Assembly: GCA_013151235.1 (NCBI GenBank)
Contig: JAADIO010000042.1
Coordinates: 1-42,506, forward strand
From: Deltaproteobacteria bacterium
GTDB lineage: Bacteria; CG2-30-53-67
DNA length: 42,506 bases
Reading direction: 5' to 3'
In this document: positions 9,459 through 19,422 of the stretch, in pieces
Numbering within the stretch: position 1 is the stretch's first letter
How the letters are laid out: the number at the start of each line of letters is the position of its first letter
Notes under the pieces: model-generated
The model's input: the letters and a program-made list of their open reading frames with translations, nothing else
Database searches by the model: none
What the model was told of the DNA's origin: nothing
Translations under genes and position numbers: made by a program

Positions 9459-10463
9459 CTAACGGTGCAGGAAGAGATCGGGGTCTTTGTACGGATGGCA
9501 CCGGCTGCAGGTCTTTCGTGCCGCTGTTTTCGTCAGCTTCCACAGGTGGGGTTTGTGGCATATCGTACATTGGATGCCGACCTGCTTGATATGAAGGAAA
9601 TGTCCCCCGACCTTCCGGATCTTTCGGTGGCATTTCAGGCAGTCGGACATCCCCGGCCTGACTTTTTCATGAGGCTTGTGGCAGATATAACACCGGAACA
9701 TCATCGGCGCATTCTTCGGAAACACAACGCCGAGGCTGGAGGCTTTCCTGACCATTCCCGGATCCGGCGTGAAGTATCTGGTGTCTACCGTCGGAGCCAG
9801 CCGGGCGATTCGGGCCCGGATCTCGGCATTGCCGTGACAGGTCAGGCATTTCCCGCGATCCGGCCGGATGTTCTCCGTTTTGTCGGTGTGGCAGGCAAGA
9901 CAAGCCAGCCCGGCCATGCCGAGCCCGTGGACCTTCTTCCCGGTATGACATTTCAGACAGAATCGTCCGCTGGGGAGAAATTGATGGAGACCGGTCTTCT
10001 CCTTCGAGTCCTTGATGTAGCCGTGGCACTTTGAGCATTCAATCTTTTCAATGAAAACATGTTTGGCGTGCAGCTCTGATTTTGCAATATCCTCCGCGTT
10101 TTCGTATCCTTTCTTCTTGTCCCAGTGACATTTAAAGCACATCTTCCAGGGGACGACGACCTTGCCGTGACGGTCACCGACGGCTTTCGGTCTGTTGATC
10201 AGTGCCATCAGAAGCATCCGGTTTCGTTCGGCCCGGGTGGCATAATGGCATTCATGACAGTTCACGTTTTTGTGTACGCTGCCGGCCCAGGCGTTATAGG
10301 CCTGCTGCATGAGGTGGCAGCTGACACAGAATCTGGGGTTGTTTTCCGTAAAGTCGTGTACGTGGTAGACAACGGCCCCCCCGCCGAAGAGAATGACAAG
10401 GATCAGAACGGTGATGATGAGGCGTGCGCTTCCAGTCTCCCAGGCCCGTACGAGTTTCATCAT
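9459..10463 (-). CDS. Membrane-anchored multiheme cytochrome c (11 CxxCH) with a NapC/NrfH-like N-terminus
   Basis: N-terminal TM helix, PRFCVSCHLM, and 11 counted CxxCH motifs. RBS GGAGG precedes MMKLV (start 10463 or 10460). Confidence 0.9.
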   Translation of the reverse strand: MMKLVRAWETGSARLIITVLILVILFGGGAVVYHVHDFTENNPRFCVSCHLMQQAYNAWAGSVHKNVNCHECHYATRAERNRMLLMALINRPKAVGDRHGKVVVPWKMCFKCHWDKKKGYENAEDIAKSELHAKHVFIEKIECSKCHGYIKDSKEKTGLHQFLPSGRFCLKCHTGKKVHGLGMAGLACLACHTDKTENIRPDRGKCLTCHGNAEIRARIARLAPTVDTRYFTPDPGMVRKASSLGVVFPKNAPMMFRCYICHKPHEKVRPGMSDCLKCHRKIRKVGGHFLHIKQVGIQCTICHKPHLWKLTKTAARKTCSRCHPYKDPDLFLHR

Positions 10464-10829
10464 GGAACCTCCTTCGCAGATAAACAATGCAGGATGGTCC
10501 CTTGTTTGATCGATGTAAGATATATCATTTTGTATTATATGACCGTCCGGAGAATCGTCAAGCCCGTCCCGGTCTTTTTTTTGTCCGGAGCTGTCTTGAT
10601 GTATCCGGAGGGGCCGCAGTCTATTCACAAATACGGTAGTCTGTCTCTGTACGCGCAAACGGGCTTTCTTGGAGCGTTACCGTATTTTTGAACAGGACCG
10701 CTCAGAAAAGAATCCTTTCGACTGATCCAACGGGGTGTTTCTTCGCGCTAATCTTCTTGACGTGATATAAGAGAATGGATTACCTTGCAAGCATTTGGAT
10801 ACTCTTTCTATGGAAGGAAGGAGCGGCAG

Positions 10830-11555
10830 ATGTTGCAGAAAAGGAATTTTCCCATCCCCGAGTGGCCGGAGGAGGAACGTCCCCGGGAAAGACTTTCCCG
10901 GTTCGGCCCGGCATCCCTTTCCGATGCCCAATTGATTGCCATTCTCCTCCGAACGGGGGACAGCCGCCGAAGCGCCGTCGGAGTGGCCATGGACCTCTTG
11001 ACCCGATTCCGGGATCTGAGGGAGTTGGGGCGGGCCGGTGTGAACGAGATTCGCCGGGTGCCCGGGATCGGAATGGCCAAGGCGGCACAGGTTGTGGCCG
11101 CGCTGGAACTCGGAAGGAGAATCCAGGCCTTCCCCCTGAAAGAGGGGGACCCGATTCGGGGGAGCCGGGATGTGTACGAGTCATGCCATCCCTACATGCG
11201 TGACCTTCGAAAGGAGGTCTTCCGTGTTCTGCTTTTGAATGGGAAGAACCGGGTGATCCGCACCGTGACTGTTTCGGAAGGGGGGCTGACCTCCTGTCCG
11301 GTGCATCCCCGCGAAGTCTTTGAGCCGGCGATCCGAGAATCTTCGGCTGCCGTACTTCTGGTACACAATCACCCCAGCGGGGATCCTTCTCCCAGCCGGG
11401 AAGATATTGAAATCAGCCGTCGACTGTCGGAGGCGGGTGAAATGATCGGGATCCCCGTCCTTGATCATGTCGTGATGGGGGATGGGAAATACTTCAGTTT
11501 TGTTGATCAGGGGCTGATGGAGTCCGGGCGAAGCGGGAAAGGAGAGCGGTGTTGA
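10830..11555 (+). CDS. radC: RadC/JAB-domain protein
   Basis: ERPRERL...LSDAQLIAILLRTG, HhH motif VPGIGMAKA, VHPREVF, and JAMM motif HNHPSGDPSPSREDI...VLDH. Confidence 0.95.
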   Translation: MLQKRNFPIPEWPEEERPRERLSRFGPASLSDAQLIAILLRTGDSRRSAVGVAMDLLTRFRDLRELGRAGVNEIRRVPGIGMAKAAQVVAALELGRRIQAFPLKEGDPIRGSRDVYESCHPYMRDLRKEVFRVLLLNGKNRVIRTVTVSEGGLTSCPVHPREVFEPAIRESSAAVLLVHNHPSGDPSPSREDIEISRRLSEAGEMIGIPVLDHVVMGDGKYFSFVDQGLMESGRSGKGERC

Positions 11556-14320
11556 CGGGTGGCGCGGAGAACCCGGTGGAGAAGTTCCGGGCGGATTATC
11601 TTGCATCCCTTCGGGAGAAGATCATTCGAGCAGATCTCTCTCTTTCAAAGATGAAGGACCGGCAGGCCTTTGTTTTGTTCATGAAGGAGGCCCATCGGAA
11701 GGGGCGGGAAGAGATCCGGAAACTCCATCTGGACGGTGCCGGAGGGGCCGAGGTGGTATACCGGATTACGGCATGGACCGACGCTGTTCTGATTCTTCTT
11801 TTTGACTTTGCCCACACCCTGACCGACCGGAAATCGGGAGAGGTTTCCTGTGCTCTGCTGGCGATCGGCGGCTACGGGCGGGGAGAGTTGAATCCCTATT
11901 CCGATCTTGATGTCATGTTTCTGACCCGCGGTGGAATTGATCCGGTAAGCCGGAATCTGTCGGAGAACAGTCTCTATCTCATGTGGGACTTGAACCTCGA
12001 TATCGGTCACGGGATCCGGAGTATTTCCGACTGCGTCTCCCTGGCCGCCTCCGACATCAAGGCCAAGACTTCCCTGATGGAGTCCCGTTTTCTTGCCGGC
12101 GACCGTAACTGTTTTGAAGATTTTCTTTCCGCCTCATGCACCCGGATCCTTCCCCGTAATGCGGCGGCCTATCTGCGGACGAAGATCGGCGATGTTCATG
12201 ATCGGCACAAGAAGTTCGGCGGTTCCCTTTATATGAAAGAGCCCCATGTCAAGGAAGGGGTTGGGGGGCTGCGGGATATTCACACTGCCTTCTGGGTTGC
12301 CAAGGTCAAGTATGGAGTGAATTCACTGGAAGAGTTGCAGGAACGAGGAGTGGTCTCCGGAAAAGAAGAGGAGATTCTCCGTCATGCCAAGGAATTTCTC
12401 TGGAAGGTGCGGAACCACCTGCACTATGTGAGCGGTCGTCGTAACGATCTGCTTTCGATGGAGATGCAAGAGGAGGTTGCCACCTTTCTCAAATACCGCG
12501 ACTTTAAACATACATTGGCCGTGGAACGGTGCATGCGGGGCTACTATCTGCACACCCGGAATATCCATTACCTGACCTCTCTATTGGTGAACCGCTGCGC
12601 GGCCTCGCTGCAGCGGAAATGGTTCGGTGGTTTTTCCTGGAAGAGGAAGAAGGTCGGTTCGGGGTTTGCAATCGTCGGCCGGCAACTCTGTGTTCCGGAG
12701 GGACGGGAGAACTTCTTCCGGGAAGATCCGGCCCGGATCATGGAGATTTTTGCCCTGTCGCAGCGCTACCGGGTCTCTCTTGCCGATGCCACCCGCGAGA
12801 AGATCCTTTCCTCCCTGGGACTGGTGAACCATGAATTCCGGAATTCCGACCGAGTGACGACACTCTTTCTGCAGATCCTCGGTCATGGAGAGAAGATTGT
12901 TGCAACCCTCCGGCGGATGCATGAGCTGCGTTTTTTAGGCAAGTACCTCCCCGAGTTCGGTGCCCTGACGGCCCTGGTGCAGCATGAAATTTACCATGCC
13001 TATACGGTGGATGAGCACACCCTGATGGCCCTCGATTATCTGGAACGATTGCGCGGCAGTCCCTATCCGGACGAACGGTTCTATGCCTCCCTCTTCAGCG
13101 AAGTGGGAAACCCGGCGCTCCTCTTTCTCTCGCTTCTGCTGCATGATATCGGCAAGGCCATGGGCGCGGGGCATGTTCACCGCGGGGGGAAGGCGGTCCC
13201 CGCAATCATGCATCGTATGGGGCTCTCCCGGGAGGATGCGCGGACCGTGGAATTCCTTGTTCGCAATCACCTGGTGATGGCCCACCTCTCACAGCGGAGA
13301 GATCTCCACGACCTCAAGTTGATTGCCCAGTTGGCCCGTGTTGTGGGCAACAGGGAACGCCTTTGCATGCTGACCCTGATGACCTATTGCGACAGCCGGG
13401 GGGTGGGGCCGGACCTCTGGAATCCCTGGAAAGATTCGCTTCTCCGGGAGCTTTTTTCCCGTACCCGGGATTTCCTCCAGTCCGATGCCGGACAGTCTAT
13501 GATGGAGATTTCGGCCGTTTCTCTGAAAAAGATCCGGGAGCGGATCCTCAAAGAGGGTAAGGATCTCTATGGCGAAGAAGAAACCGAACGAATTCTCAAC
13601 AGCTTTTCTCCGGCCTATCTCCTTTCCACGCCGCAGCGGTTGGTCATGAAACATCTCTCCATGATCCGGACCGTTGAAAAAGAGGGGCTGGTGGTCGATT
13701 GGGAACATGTTCCGGAAAAGGGATTTACGGAATTGAATATCTGTACCTATGATTCCGACACTCCCGGTCTTTTTTCCCGGATAGCAGGGATACTGGCCTC
13801 GAAAGGGATCAATATCTTAGGTGCTCGCATCGGGACCACCCGTTGGGGGGTAGTGATCGATTGTGTTCACATTGCCCCGCCTCAGGAATCGATGCGGGAA
13901 GATCCGAACTATCGTCAGGAGATCCGGGATGCCGTTCGGGCTGTGGTGCAAAAGACCCGGCGGGTTGAAGAGATGCTGGTGGAACATTATCCGCCTTCCT
14001 ATCTGAGGAAAAAAACAAAGCGGAGAATTCCGCCCCGGGTCCGGTTCGACAATGAAGTCTCTGAAGAGTATACGGTCATCGATGTCTATGCGGAAGACCG
14101 GATCGGGCTTCTTTATCGGATGACGGCTGCATTGGCTGATGTCGGGGTTCACATCCATTCCGCCAAGGTTACGACTGAAATGGACCGGGCCATCGATGCT
14201 TTTTATGTGACCGACATTTTTGGAGACCGGATCACCGATGAGGAGAAGCTTGCCGGGATTCGGGAACATCTTCTGGACTCCCTGGCGCAGGGCCGGGAAA
14301 CGCATTCCGCAGAAGCGTAG
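11549..14320 (+). CDS. glnD: PII uridylyltransferase/uridylyl-removing enzyme
   Basis: NT motif GGYGRGELNPYSDLD, EPHVKEGVGGLRD, HD domain HAYTVDEH...LLHDIGK, and two C-terminal ACT domains. Start is GTG 11549 or TTG 11552. Confidence 0.95.
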   Translation: MLTGGAENPVEKFRADYLASLREKIIRADLSLSKMKDRQAFVLFMKEAHRKGREEIRKLHLDGAGGAEVVYRITAWTDAVLILLFDFAHTLTDRKSGEVSCALLAIGGYGRGELNPYSDLDVMFLTRGGIDPVSRNLSENSLYLMWDLNLDIGHGIRSISDCVSLAASDIKAKTSLMESRFLAGDRNCFEDFLSASCTRILPRNAAAYLRTKIGDVHDRHKKFGGSLYMKEPHVKEGVGGLRDIHTAFWVAKVKYGVNSLEELQERGVVSGKEEEILRHAKEFLWKVRNHLHYVSGRRNDLLSMEMQEEVATFLKYRDFKHTLAVERCMRGYYLHTRNIHYLTSLLVNRCAASLQRKWFGGFSWKRKKVGSGFAIVGRQLCVPEGRENFFREDPARIMEIFALSQRYRVSLADATREKILSSLGLVNHEFRNSDRVTTLFLQILGHGEKIVATLRRMHELRFLGKYLPEFGALTALVQHEIYHAYTVDEHTLMALDYLERLRGSPYPDERFYASLFSEVGNPALLFLSLLLHDIGKAMGAGHVHRGGKAVPAIMHRMGLSREDARTVEFLVRNHLVMAHLSQRRDLHDLKLIAQLARVVGNRERLCMLTLMTYCDSRGVGPDLWNPWKDSLLRELFSRTRDFLQSDAGQSMMEISAVSLKKIRERILKEGKDLYGEEETERILNSFSPAYLLSTPQRLVMKHLSMIRTVEKEGLVVDWEHVPEKGFTELNICTYDSDTPGLFSRIAGILASKGINILGARIGTTRWGVVIDCVHIAPPQESMREDPNYRQEIRDAVRAVVQKTRRVEEMLVEHYPPSYLRKKTKRRIPPRVRFDNEVSEEYTVIDVYAEDRIGLLYRMTAALADVGVHIHSAKVTTEMDRAIDAFYVTDIFGDRITDEEKLAGIREHLLDSLAQGRETHSAEA

Positions 14321-14335
14321 CGGGGGATTCCGGTC

Positions 14336-14364
14336 TTGACCCGGATGCGGTTTTCGTGTAGATT
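14336..14364 (+). promoter_or_regulatory. Putative sigma70 promoter upstream of glgC
   Basis: TTGACC-17 bp-TAGATT in the intergenic region. Confidence 0.5.
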
Positions 14365-14447
14365 TTTGATTTATAAGAGAAAGATGGTTGAGACGTCCCG
14401 TGGAAGTGGACGTTCAAATCTCCGCAGTCGTGTAGAAGGGACAACGG

Positions 14448-15695
14448 GTGGTCCAGGGTCGAGTCTCCTTGCAAAAAAGTGATGTACTTGCCGTCATTAT
14501 GGCCGGCGGGAAGGGGAGCCGCCTCTTCCCGTTGACCGTAGACCGGGCCAAGCCGGCCGTTCCTTTCGGCGGGAAATACAGGATAATCGATTTTACACTC
14601 AGTAATTGTATCAACTCCGGGATCAAAAGGGCCTTCGTTCTGACCCAATACAAGTCTTATTCCCTGGAACGGCATATCCGGCTTGGCTGGGGATTTCTCA
14701 GCAATGAGCTGCACGAATTCATCGTTCCGATCCCGCCGCAGCAGCGTGTCGATGCGACCTGGTACAAGGGGACGGCTGATGCCATTTATCAGAACTTCTA
14801 TTCCATCAAACAGGAAAATCCGAAGTATCTTCTGGTTCTGTCCGGGGACCACGTCTACAAAATGGATTACGCCGATCTGCTGCGTGAACACATCGCAAAA
14901 AAAGCCGATGCCACCGTGGCGGCCCTGGAGATCGACAAGTATGAGGCCCGGGAATTCGGGGTCCTCCAGGTGGATGCTGATCATCGGATCATCGGGTTCC
15001 AGGAGAAACCGGCAGATCCGATCCCCCTTCCGACGGATCCCGATGTTTGTCTCATTTCTCTCGGGGTTTATGTTTTCAGTCTTCCTCCGTTGATGAAGGA
15101 GCTGGAGGAGGATGCCGGCAGGAAAGATTCTTCTCATGATTTCGGAAAGAATATCATTCCCAAGATGACACGTGAGCGGAATGTCTATGCCTACCCCTTC
15201 CGGAATAAAAAGAAAAACCGACCCGGATACTGGAGAGACGTAGGGACGCTTGATGCTTACTGGGAAGCGAACATGGACCTTGTTTCCGTCAGCCCCGTCT
15301 TCAATCTTTATGATTCGGACTGGCCGATCCGGACCTTCCCCGGGGTGGAACCGCCGGCCAAGTTCGTTTTCGCCCAGGAGTATTCCGGCGGACGGATGGG
15401 GGTTGCGCTCGATTCCATCGTTTGTGGCGGTTCCATCATCAGCGGCGGAAAGGTCCGGAATTCAGTCATCGGCGCCAATGTGCGGGTGAACAGTTTCTGT
15501 AATATCAGTCAGTCCGTTTTGATGGACAATGTGGAATTAGGACGGCATTCGCAGATCAAAAAGGCGATCATCGAAAAAGGAGTGAAGGTTCCTCCCAATT
15601 CGATCATCGGTTTTCATCCGGAAGAGGATGCCAAACATTATCATGTTACGGAATCGGGGATTGCCGTCATCACGCAGTCGGATCATATTGTTTAA
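14448..15695 (+). CDS. glgC: Glucose-1-phosphate adenylyltransferase
   Basis: [62 protein letters not shown] and a C-terminal beta-helix. Start uncertain (GTG 14448 or TTG 14469). Confidence 0.95.
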   Translation: MVQGRVSLQKSDVLAVIMAGGKGSRLFPLTVDRAKPAVPFGGKYRIIDFTLSNCINSGIKRAFVLTQYKSYSLERHIRLGWGFLSNELHEFIVPIPPQQRVDATWYKGTADAIYQNFYSIKQENPKYLLVLSGDHVYKMDYADLLREHIAKKADATVAALEIDKYEAREFGVLQVDADHRIIGFQEKPADPIPLPTDPDVCLISLGVYVFSLPPLMKELEEDAGRKDSSHDFGKNIIPKMTRERNVYAYPFRNKKKNRPGYWRDVGTLDAYWEANMDLVSVSPVFNLYDSDWPIRTFPGVEPPAKFVFAQEYSGGRMGVALDSIVCGGSIISGGKVRNSVIGANVRVNSFCNISQSVLMDNVELGRHSQIKKAIIEKGVKVPPNSIIGFHPEEDAKHYHVTESGIAVITQSDHIV

Positions 15696-15737
15696 GGGGG
15701 TTGTGATGGATGAGGGGGAGGGGAAATTGTATCGGGA

Positions 15738-16208
15738 GTGGAGACCGTGACGTTTGCAAGGAGCCTTCGTTATCTTTACCTCCACTTTGTCCGATATCGC
15801 CGTGAACCGGCGGAACTTGCACGGGGAATGGCCATCGGTGTTTTTGTCGGGTTTACTCCGCTCCTTGGGTTTCATATGGTTCTCGCCGTCACCTTGTCCA
15901 TGTTTTTTGAAGGGAACAAGATCATGGCTGCATTGGCGACCTGGATCGGCAACCCGCTCACCCTTCCCTTTATCTTCCCGTTGGAATATCTGGTCGGCCA
16001 TTGGCTTTTAGGGGGGGGGGCGCTCAATCTGCGGGGGCTTTCCAGGACCCCTTCCGCGATCCTGCATACGAGTTGGAACCTCCTGCTTCCTCTGAGTGTC
16101 GGCAGCCTGGTCCTGGGAAGTGCGGCGGCGGTTGTGGCCTATTTCCTGACGGCGCCTCTCTTCCGTTTTCTGCAGGAGCGGCATAAGAGAAGACGGAGGA
16201 CGACATGA
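15738..16208 (+). CDS. DUF2062-family membrane protein
   Basis: P..LARGMAIGVFVGFTP, NK..A....WIGNPLT.PFI, hydrophobic segments and a basic C-terminus. Confidence 0.8.
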   Translation: METVTFARSLRYLYLHFVRYRREPAELARGMAIGVFVGFTPLLGFHMVLAVTLSMFFEGNKIMAALATWIGNPLTLPFIFPLEYLVGHWLLGGGALNLRGLSRTPSAILHTSWNLLLPLSVGSLVLGSAAAVVAYFLTAPLFRFLQERHKRRRRTT

Positions 16209-16984
16209 ATCGTGCAAGACCGCCGTGGAGCCTCAGCGGATACTGCATTATGATTTTCTATCTGGTGCCGGCCCGTCGAGCGGAGGAATTGGTTCCCTCT
16301 CCCCTTGAGGTCTCGGAAGTGGTTCCGGGGGCTACGCTGGGCGGCCTCTATGCCGCCCTCTATCAGACCGGAGAGGTCGGCCCGTTCAGCGAGTTCAGTG
16401 CCTTTCCGGCCCTTGTTCGATATGGAAAGAGGCGGGGGTTCTATGCCCCCTTTTCCATGGTGGAGTCCCTCGATGATCTTCCCGGATACCGGGGGGCCTG
16501 GGGCCTGCGCAAAGAGTGTGCTTCTTTTGAATGGCGGGAGGACGGTGGACACTATGGTCTGGATGTACTCTGCGGGACGCAGAAGATTGTTTCCATACAA
16601 CTGAGTTCACATCGGTTGACACTTCCCATCCGGGTTTCCTTCCCCTTTTTCCATGTCCGCTCACGGGGGGTGGTCTCCTACCATGCCGACTATGCGGCCC
16701 GTGTTCATCTCTCCTCTTCATCGGTTGACATCCCTGCGGAGAGTCCTTTGACGGAATACGGACTGAAACGGAAATTGATGACGACCTTGTGGGAATCCAC
16801 AAAAATTCTGTTGCATCCCCCGGAATCGGAAAAGAACATCGTGATCCAGGAAGGGGCTTCAGAGGGGATCTTTCGTGTCGGTGCTTTGCCGACCGACCTT
16901 GGGCGCGAGCCAAACTCCGTTGAGAACCCCCCATCGGTTTTTGCCGCACAACGGGAAAAACGGCGAAAACCGGTAGTGGTTTAG
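16205..16984 (+). CDS. Acetoacetate decarboxylase-like family protein
   Basis: PPWSLSG start, Y..GEVGPFSE and G.RGAWGLRKE (family G..xWGxPKE motif with Lys). ATGA overlap with the DUF2062 gene. Confidence 0.65.
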   Translation: MNRARPPWSLSGYCIMIFYLVPARRAEELVPSPLEVSEVVPGATLGGLYAALYQTGEVGPFSEFSAFPALVRYGKRRGFYAPFSMVESLDDLPGYRGAWGLRKECASFEWREDGGHYGLDVLCGTQKIVSIQLSSHRLTLPIRVSFPFFHVRSRGVVSYHADYAARVHLSSSSVDIPAESPLTEYGLKRKLMTTLWESTKILLHPPESEKNIVIQEGASEGIFRVGALPTDLGREPNSVENPPSVFAAQREKRRKPVVV

Positions 16985-16993
16985 GGGCTTTTT

Positions 16994-18037
16994 ATGAAAC
17001 CGGACCAATTCCAAAAAGATCTCCGCAGAGGCAATATTCCTCCGATCTGCCTGCTCTATGGCGAAGAGAGATTGCTGATCGGCGAGGCACTGAACAGCAT
17101 CCGAAAAAACATCTCCACAAGGCAGGGAGAGACCCCGGAGGAAGAAATTTTTTATGGCGGAGAGTCTGATCCCGCCTCGATTCTCCAGTCTCTCCGGACC
17201 TTCTCTCTTTTTGCTGCAAACAAGCTGATTGTCGTGAAGGATTTTCACCGGATGAATGATGCCGGCAGGAACCTCTTCCTCGGTTACCTCGAAGACACGT
17301 CGGAGAATACGTGGCTCGTCCTTCTTGCGGAGAAGGTCGATCTCCGCAAGAAGTTCTACGCCCGTTTACAGAAAAAGAAGTTCCCGGTCGTACGGTTTTA
17401 TCATCCCTATGATGCTGCGGCCACGGAGCGGTGGATCCGGGGCTATCTCAAGGCATACGGTTTCGGCATCGATCGGGAGGCGATCCGTTTCCTCTATGAG
17501 GCCCACGGCAGAGAGTTGCAGATCCTCAAAAATGAACTGGACAAACTGATGCTCTACCGGGGGAAAACGGGCGAGATTGATTTGTCTGATGTGGCCGGGA
17601 TCAGCGGTCAGTCTCGTGAGTACACACCTTTCGAGCTGGCTGATGTCCTTGCGGACCGCAACCTCGAAGGTGCCCTGCGGATTTTTCATCGTCTTACGGA
17701 GGACGGCGCACCGCCGGTTCTCCTCCACGCGATCCTGATCTCGAAGATACGGAAACTCCGCCAGGGAAAATGCCTGGAAGAGGAGGGAGCCACGGACCGG
17801 GAGATCCTTGCCGCCCTCGGGGTCCGTTTTCAGGGGGATCGTTTCCTGAGACAGTGCAGAGGATTCACCGGAGAAACGCTGGAGGGGATCTATGAGGAAC
17901 TGTTGTCCCTGGATGCGGCGCTGAAAAGCAGTTGCAACCGGCCGGAGACTCTCATGGAACTTCTGATCTGCCGGATCTGCCGCGGCGAAGCGTTATGCTC
18001 CGGCGGAGATCCGGTTCACCTTTTTCGTGAGAATTGA
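16994..18037 (+). CDS. holA: DNA polymerase III subunit delta
   Basis: LLYGEERLLI, SLFAANKLIVVKD, KVDLRKKFY, LKNELDKL and LDAALKSS; convergent with rpsT as is common. Confidence 0.9.
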   Translation: MKPDQFQKDLRRGNIPPICLLYGEERLLIGEALNSIRKNISTRQGETPEEEIFYGGESDPASILQSLRTFSLFAANKLIVVKDFHRMNDAGRNLFLGYLEDTSENTWLVLLAEKVDLRKKFYARLQKKKFPVVRFYHPYDAAATERWIRGYLKAYGFGIDREAIRFLYEAHGRELQILKNELDKLMLYRGKTGEIDLSDVAGISGQSREYTPFELADVLADRNLEGALRIFHRLTEDGAPPVLLHAILISKIRKLRQGKCLEEEGATDREILAALGVRFQGDRFLRQCRGFTGETLEGIYEELLSLDAALKSSCNRPETLMELLICRICRGEALCSGGDPVHLFREN

Positions 18038-18265
18038 TTTCTTTCGTGCCGCCTTGTTTCTGTGAATCAGGCCCTTGGATGCGCTTTTGTCGAGAATCCT
18101 GACCGCATCGAGGAGGCAGGTCTTTGCCTTTTCACCATCCTTTTGTGCAATGGCCGTTTCCGCACTTTTTAGGATCGTCCGCATCCGGGACCGCTGCTGA
18201 CGGTTGCGTTCGTTTCGCTTCAGGTTTTGACGGGCCCTTTTGGCCGCTGACTTGTGATTTGCCAA
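17993..18265 (-). CDS. rpsT: 30S ribosomal protein S20
   Basis: MANHKSAAKRARQ...NR..RSRMRT...KGLIHRNKAARKKS; TTG start after GGAGG. Confidence 0.97.
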   Translation of the reverse strand: MANHKSAAKRARQNLKRNERNRQQRSRMRTILKSAETAIAQKDGEKAKTCLLDAVRILDKSASKGLIHRNKAARKKSILTKKVNRISAGA

Positions 18266-18329
18266 TGTATTCTTCCTCCAAAAATGAATTGTTCAAGCTA
18301 AATAAATTAGCATTCTGAAAGGGGATATG

Positions 18330-19079
18330 TCAAGATTTTTTCCGGACGGGTTTTTCCCGGACGGCGGTTTTCATCTTTTCCACCTCCCAAGGATCTAACT
18401 TCCGGAATTTTCCCGGGGCCAGGGATCCCAGCGGGAGGGGGCCGATCCGGGTCCGGGTCAGTTTCAGTATGGGGTGACCGATGGATTCAAACATCCGCCG
18501 GATCTGCCGGTTTTTCCCTTCATGGAGGGTGATCTCCAGGATGACATTGGCCGGCAGGTTTTTGATTTTTTTAATCTCGATGGGGGCGGTCATCCCTTCC
18601 TTGAGACGGATGCCCCGGCGCAATTTTTGCAGTTTTTCCGGTGAGGGTTTTCCCTTTACCTTGGCCCGGTAGACCTTTGGAAGGTGATATGCGGGATGGG
18701 TAATGGCCTGGGCCAGGTTGCCGTCATTCGTCAGCAGCAGCAGGCCTTCCGTATGGAAATCAAGCCTTCCTACGGGTGTGACCCGTTCCTTGATCCTGTG
18801 GATCAGGGAGATCACGGTGGGACGGCCTTCGGGGTCTTTCATGGTTGTAACAAATCCGTCCGGTTTGTTGAGCATCAGGTAGACCTTGCGGCTTTCCGGC
18901 CGGATCAGTTTCCCTTTGACCTTGATGTGGCTGTCCTCCGGGTCGACCTTGGTGCCGAGGTCCACGACGCGTTTTCCGTTCACCGTAACCTGCCCGTCGA
19001 CGATGAGCCGTTCCGCTTCACGCCGTGAGGCAAGTCCGGCGTTCGCGATGATCTTTTGTAGTCGGATTTTCTGATTCAT
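18330..19079 (-). CDS. rluB: 23S rRNA pseudouridine synthase, RluB/RsuA family
   Basis: S4 domain RLQKIIANAGLASRREAE, NKPDG, catalytic VGRLDFHTEGLLLLTNDG and EGKNRQIRRM. Confidence 0.9.
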   Translation of the reverse strand: MNQKIRLQKIIANAGLASRREAERLIVDGQVTVNGKRVVDLGTKVDPEDSHIKVKGKLIRPESRKVYLMLNKPDGFVTTMKDPEGRPTVISLIHRIKERVTPVGRLDFHTEGLLLLTNDGNLAQAITHPAYHLPKVYRAKVKGKPSPEKLQKLRRGIRLKEGMTAPIEIKKIKNLPANVILEITLHEGKNRQIRRMFESIGHPILKLTRTRIGPLPLGSLAPGKFRKLDPWEVEKMKTAVREKPVRKKS

Positions 19080-19146
19080 AGTTGACCTGTAAAGGGTCAA
19101 TGAATTATGTTATGATCCATTAGCCCTTTCGGAAGAGAGAAATACA

Positions 19147-19422
19147 ATGGCTTTCATTCGCGGAAACCCCCTGGCACTGGCAAAAGATATTGCCGAAGGG
19201 TATATTAGCGTGAATCCTCTTTTTTTCAAGAAGTTTCGGGATTCGGACTATCATGAACTCTACCATAACCTGATCAAGGTCCAGAAAATAGTGCGGGCGG
19301 AAGCGCCGCCTCTGACCGACCACCGGGGTGTCCGACAACGGAACATGCGACTCCAGCGGTTGAATACCAGTCTCATGGTGTTGAAGTACCACTGCAAAAA
19401 GCTCAAAATTTTTCTGGTCTGA
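19147..19422 (+). CDS. Hypothetical small basic protein (91 aa)
   Basis: ATG with purine-rich upstream sequence and an extended -10 (TGTTATGAT) ahead of it; fills the gap between rluB and scpB exactly; helical, protein-like composition. Confidence 0.75.
   Translation: MAFIRGNPLALAKDIAEGYISVNPLFFKKFRDSDYHELYHNLIKVQKIVRAEAPPLTDHRGVRQRNMRLQRLNTSLMVLKYHCKKLKIFLV

Noticed and set aside
10830-11555. radC as a marker of a mobile element or defence island
   Set aside because: It is the full-length chromosomal type with an HhH region, coupled to glnD, with no integrase or cargo genes nearby.
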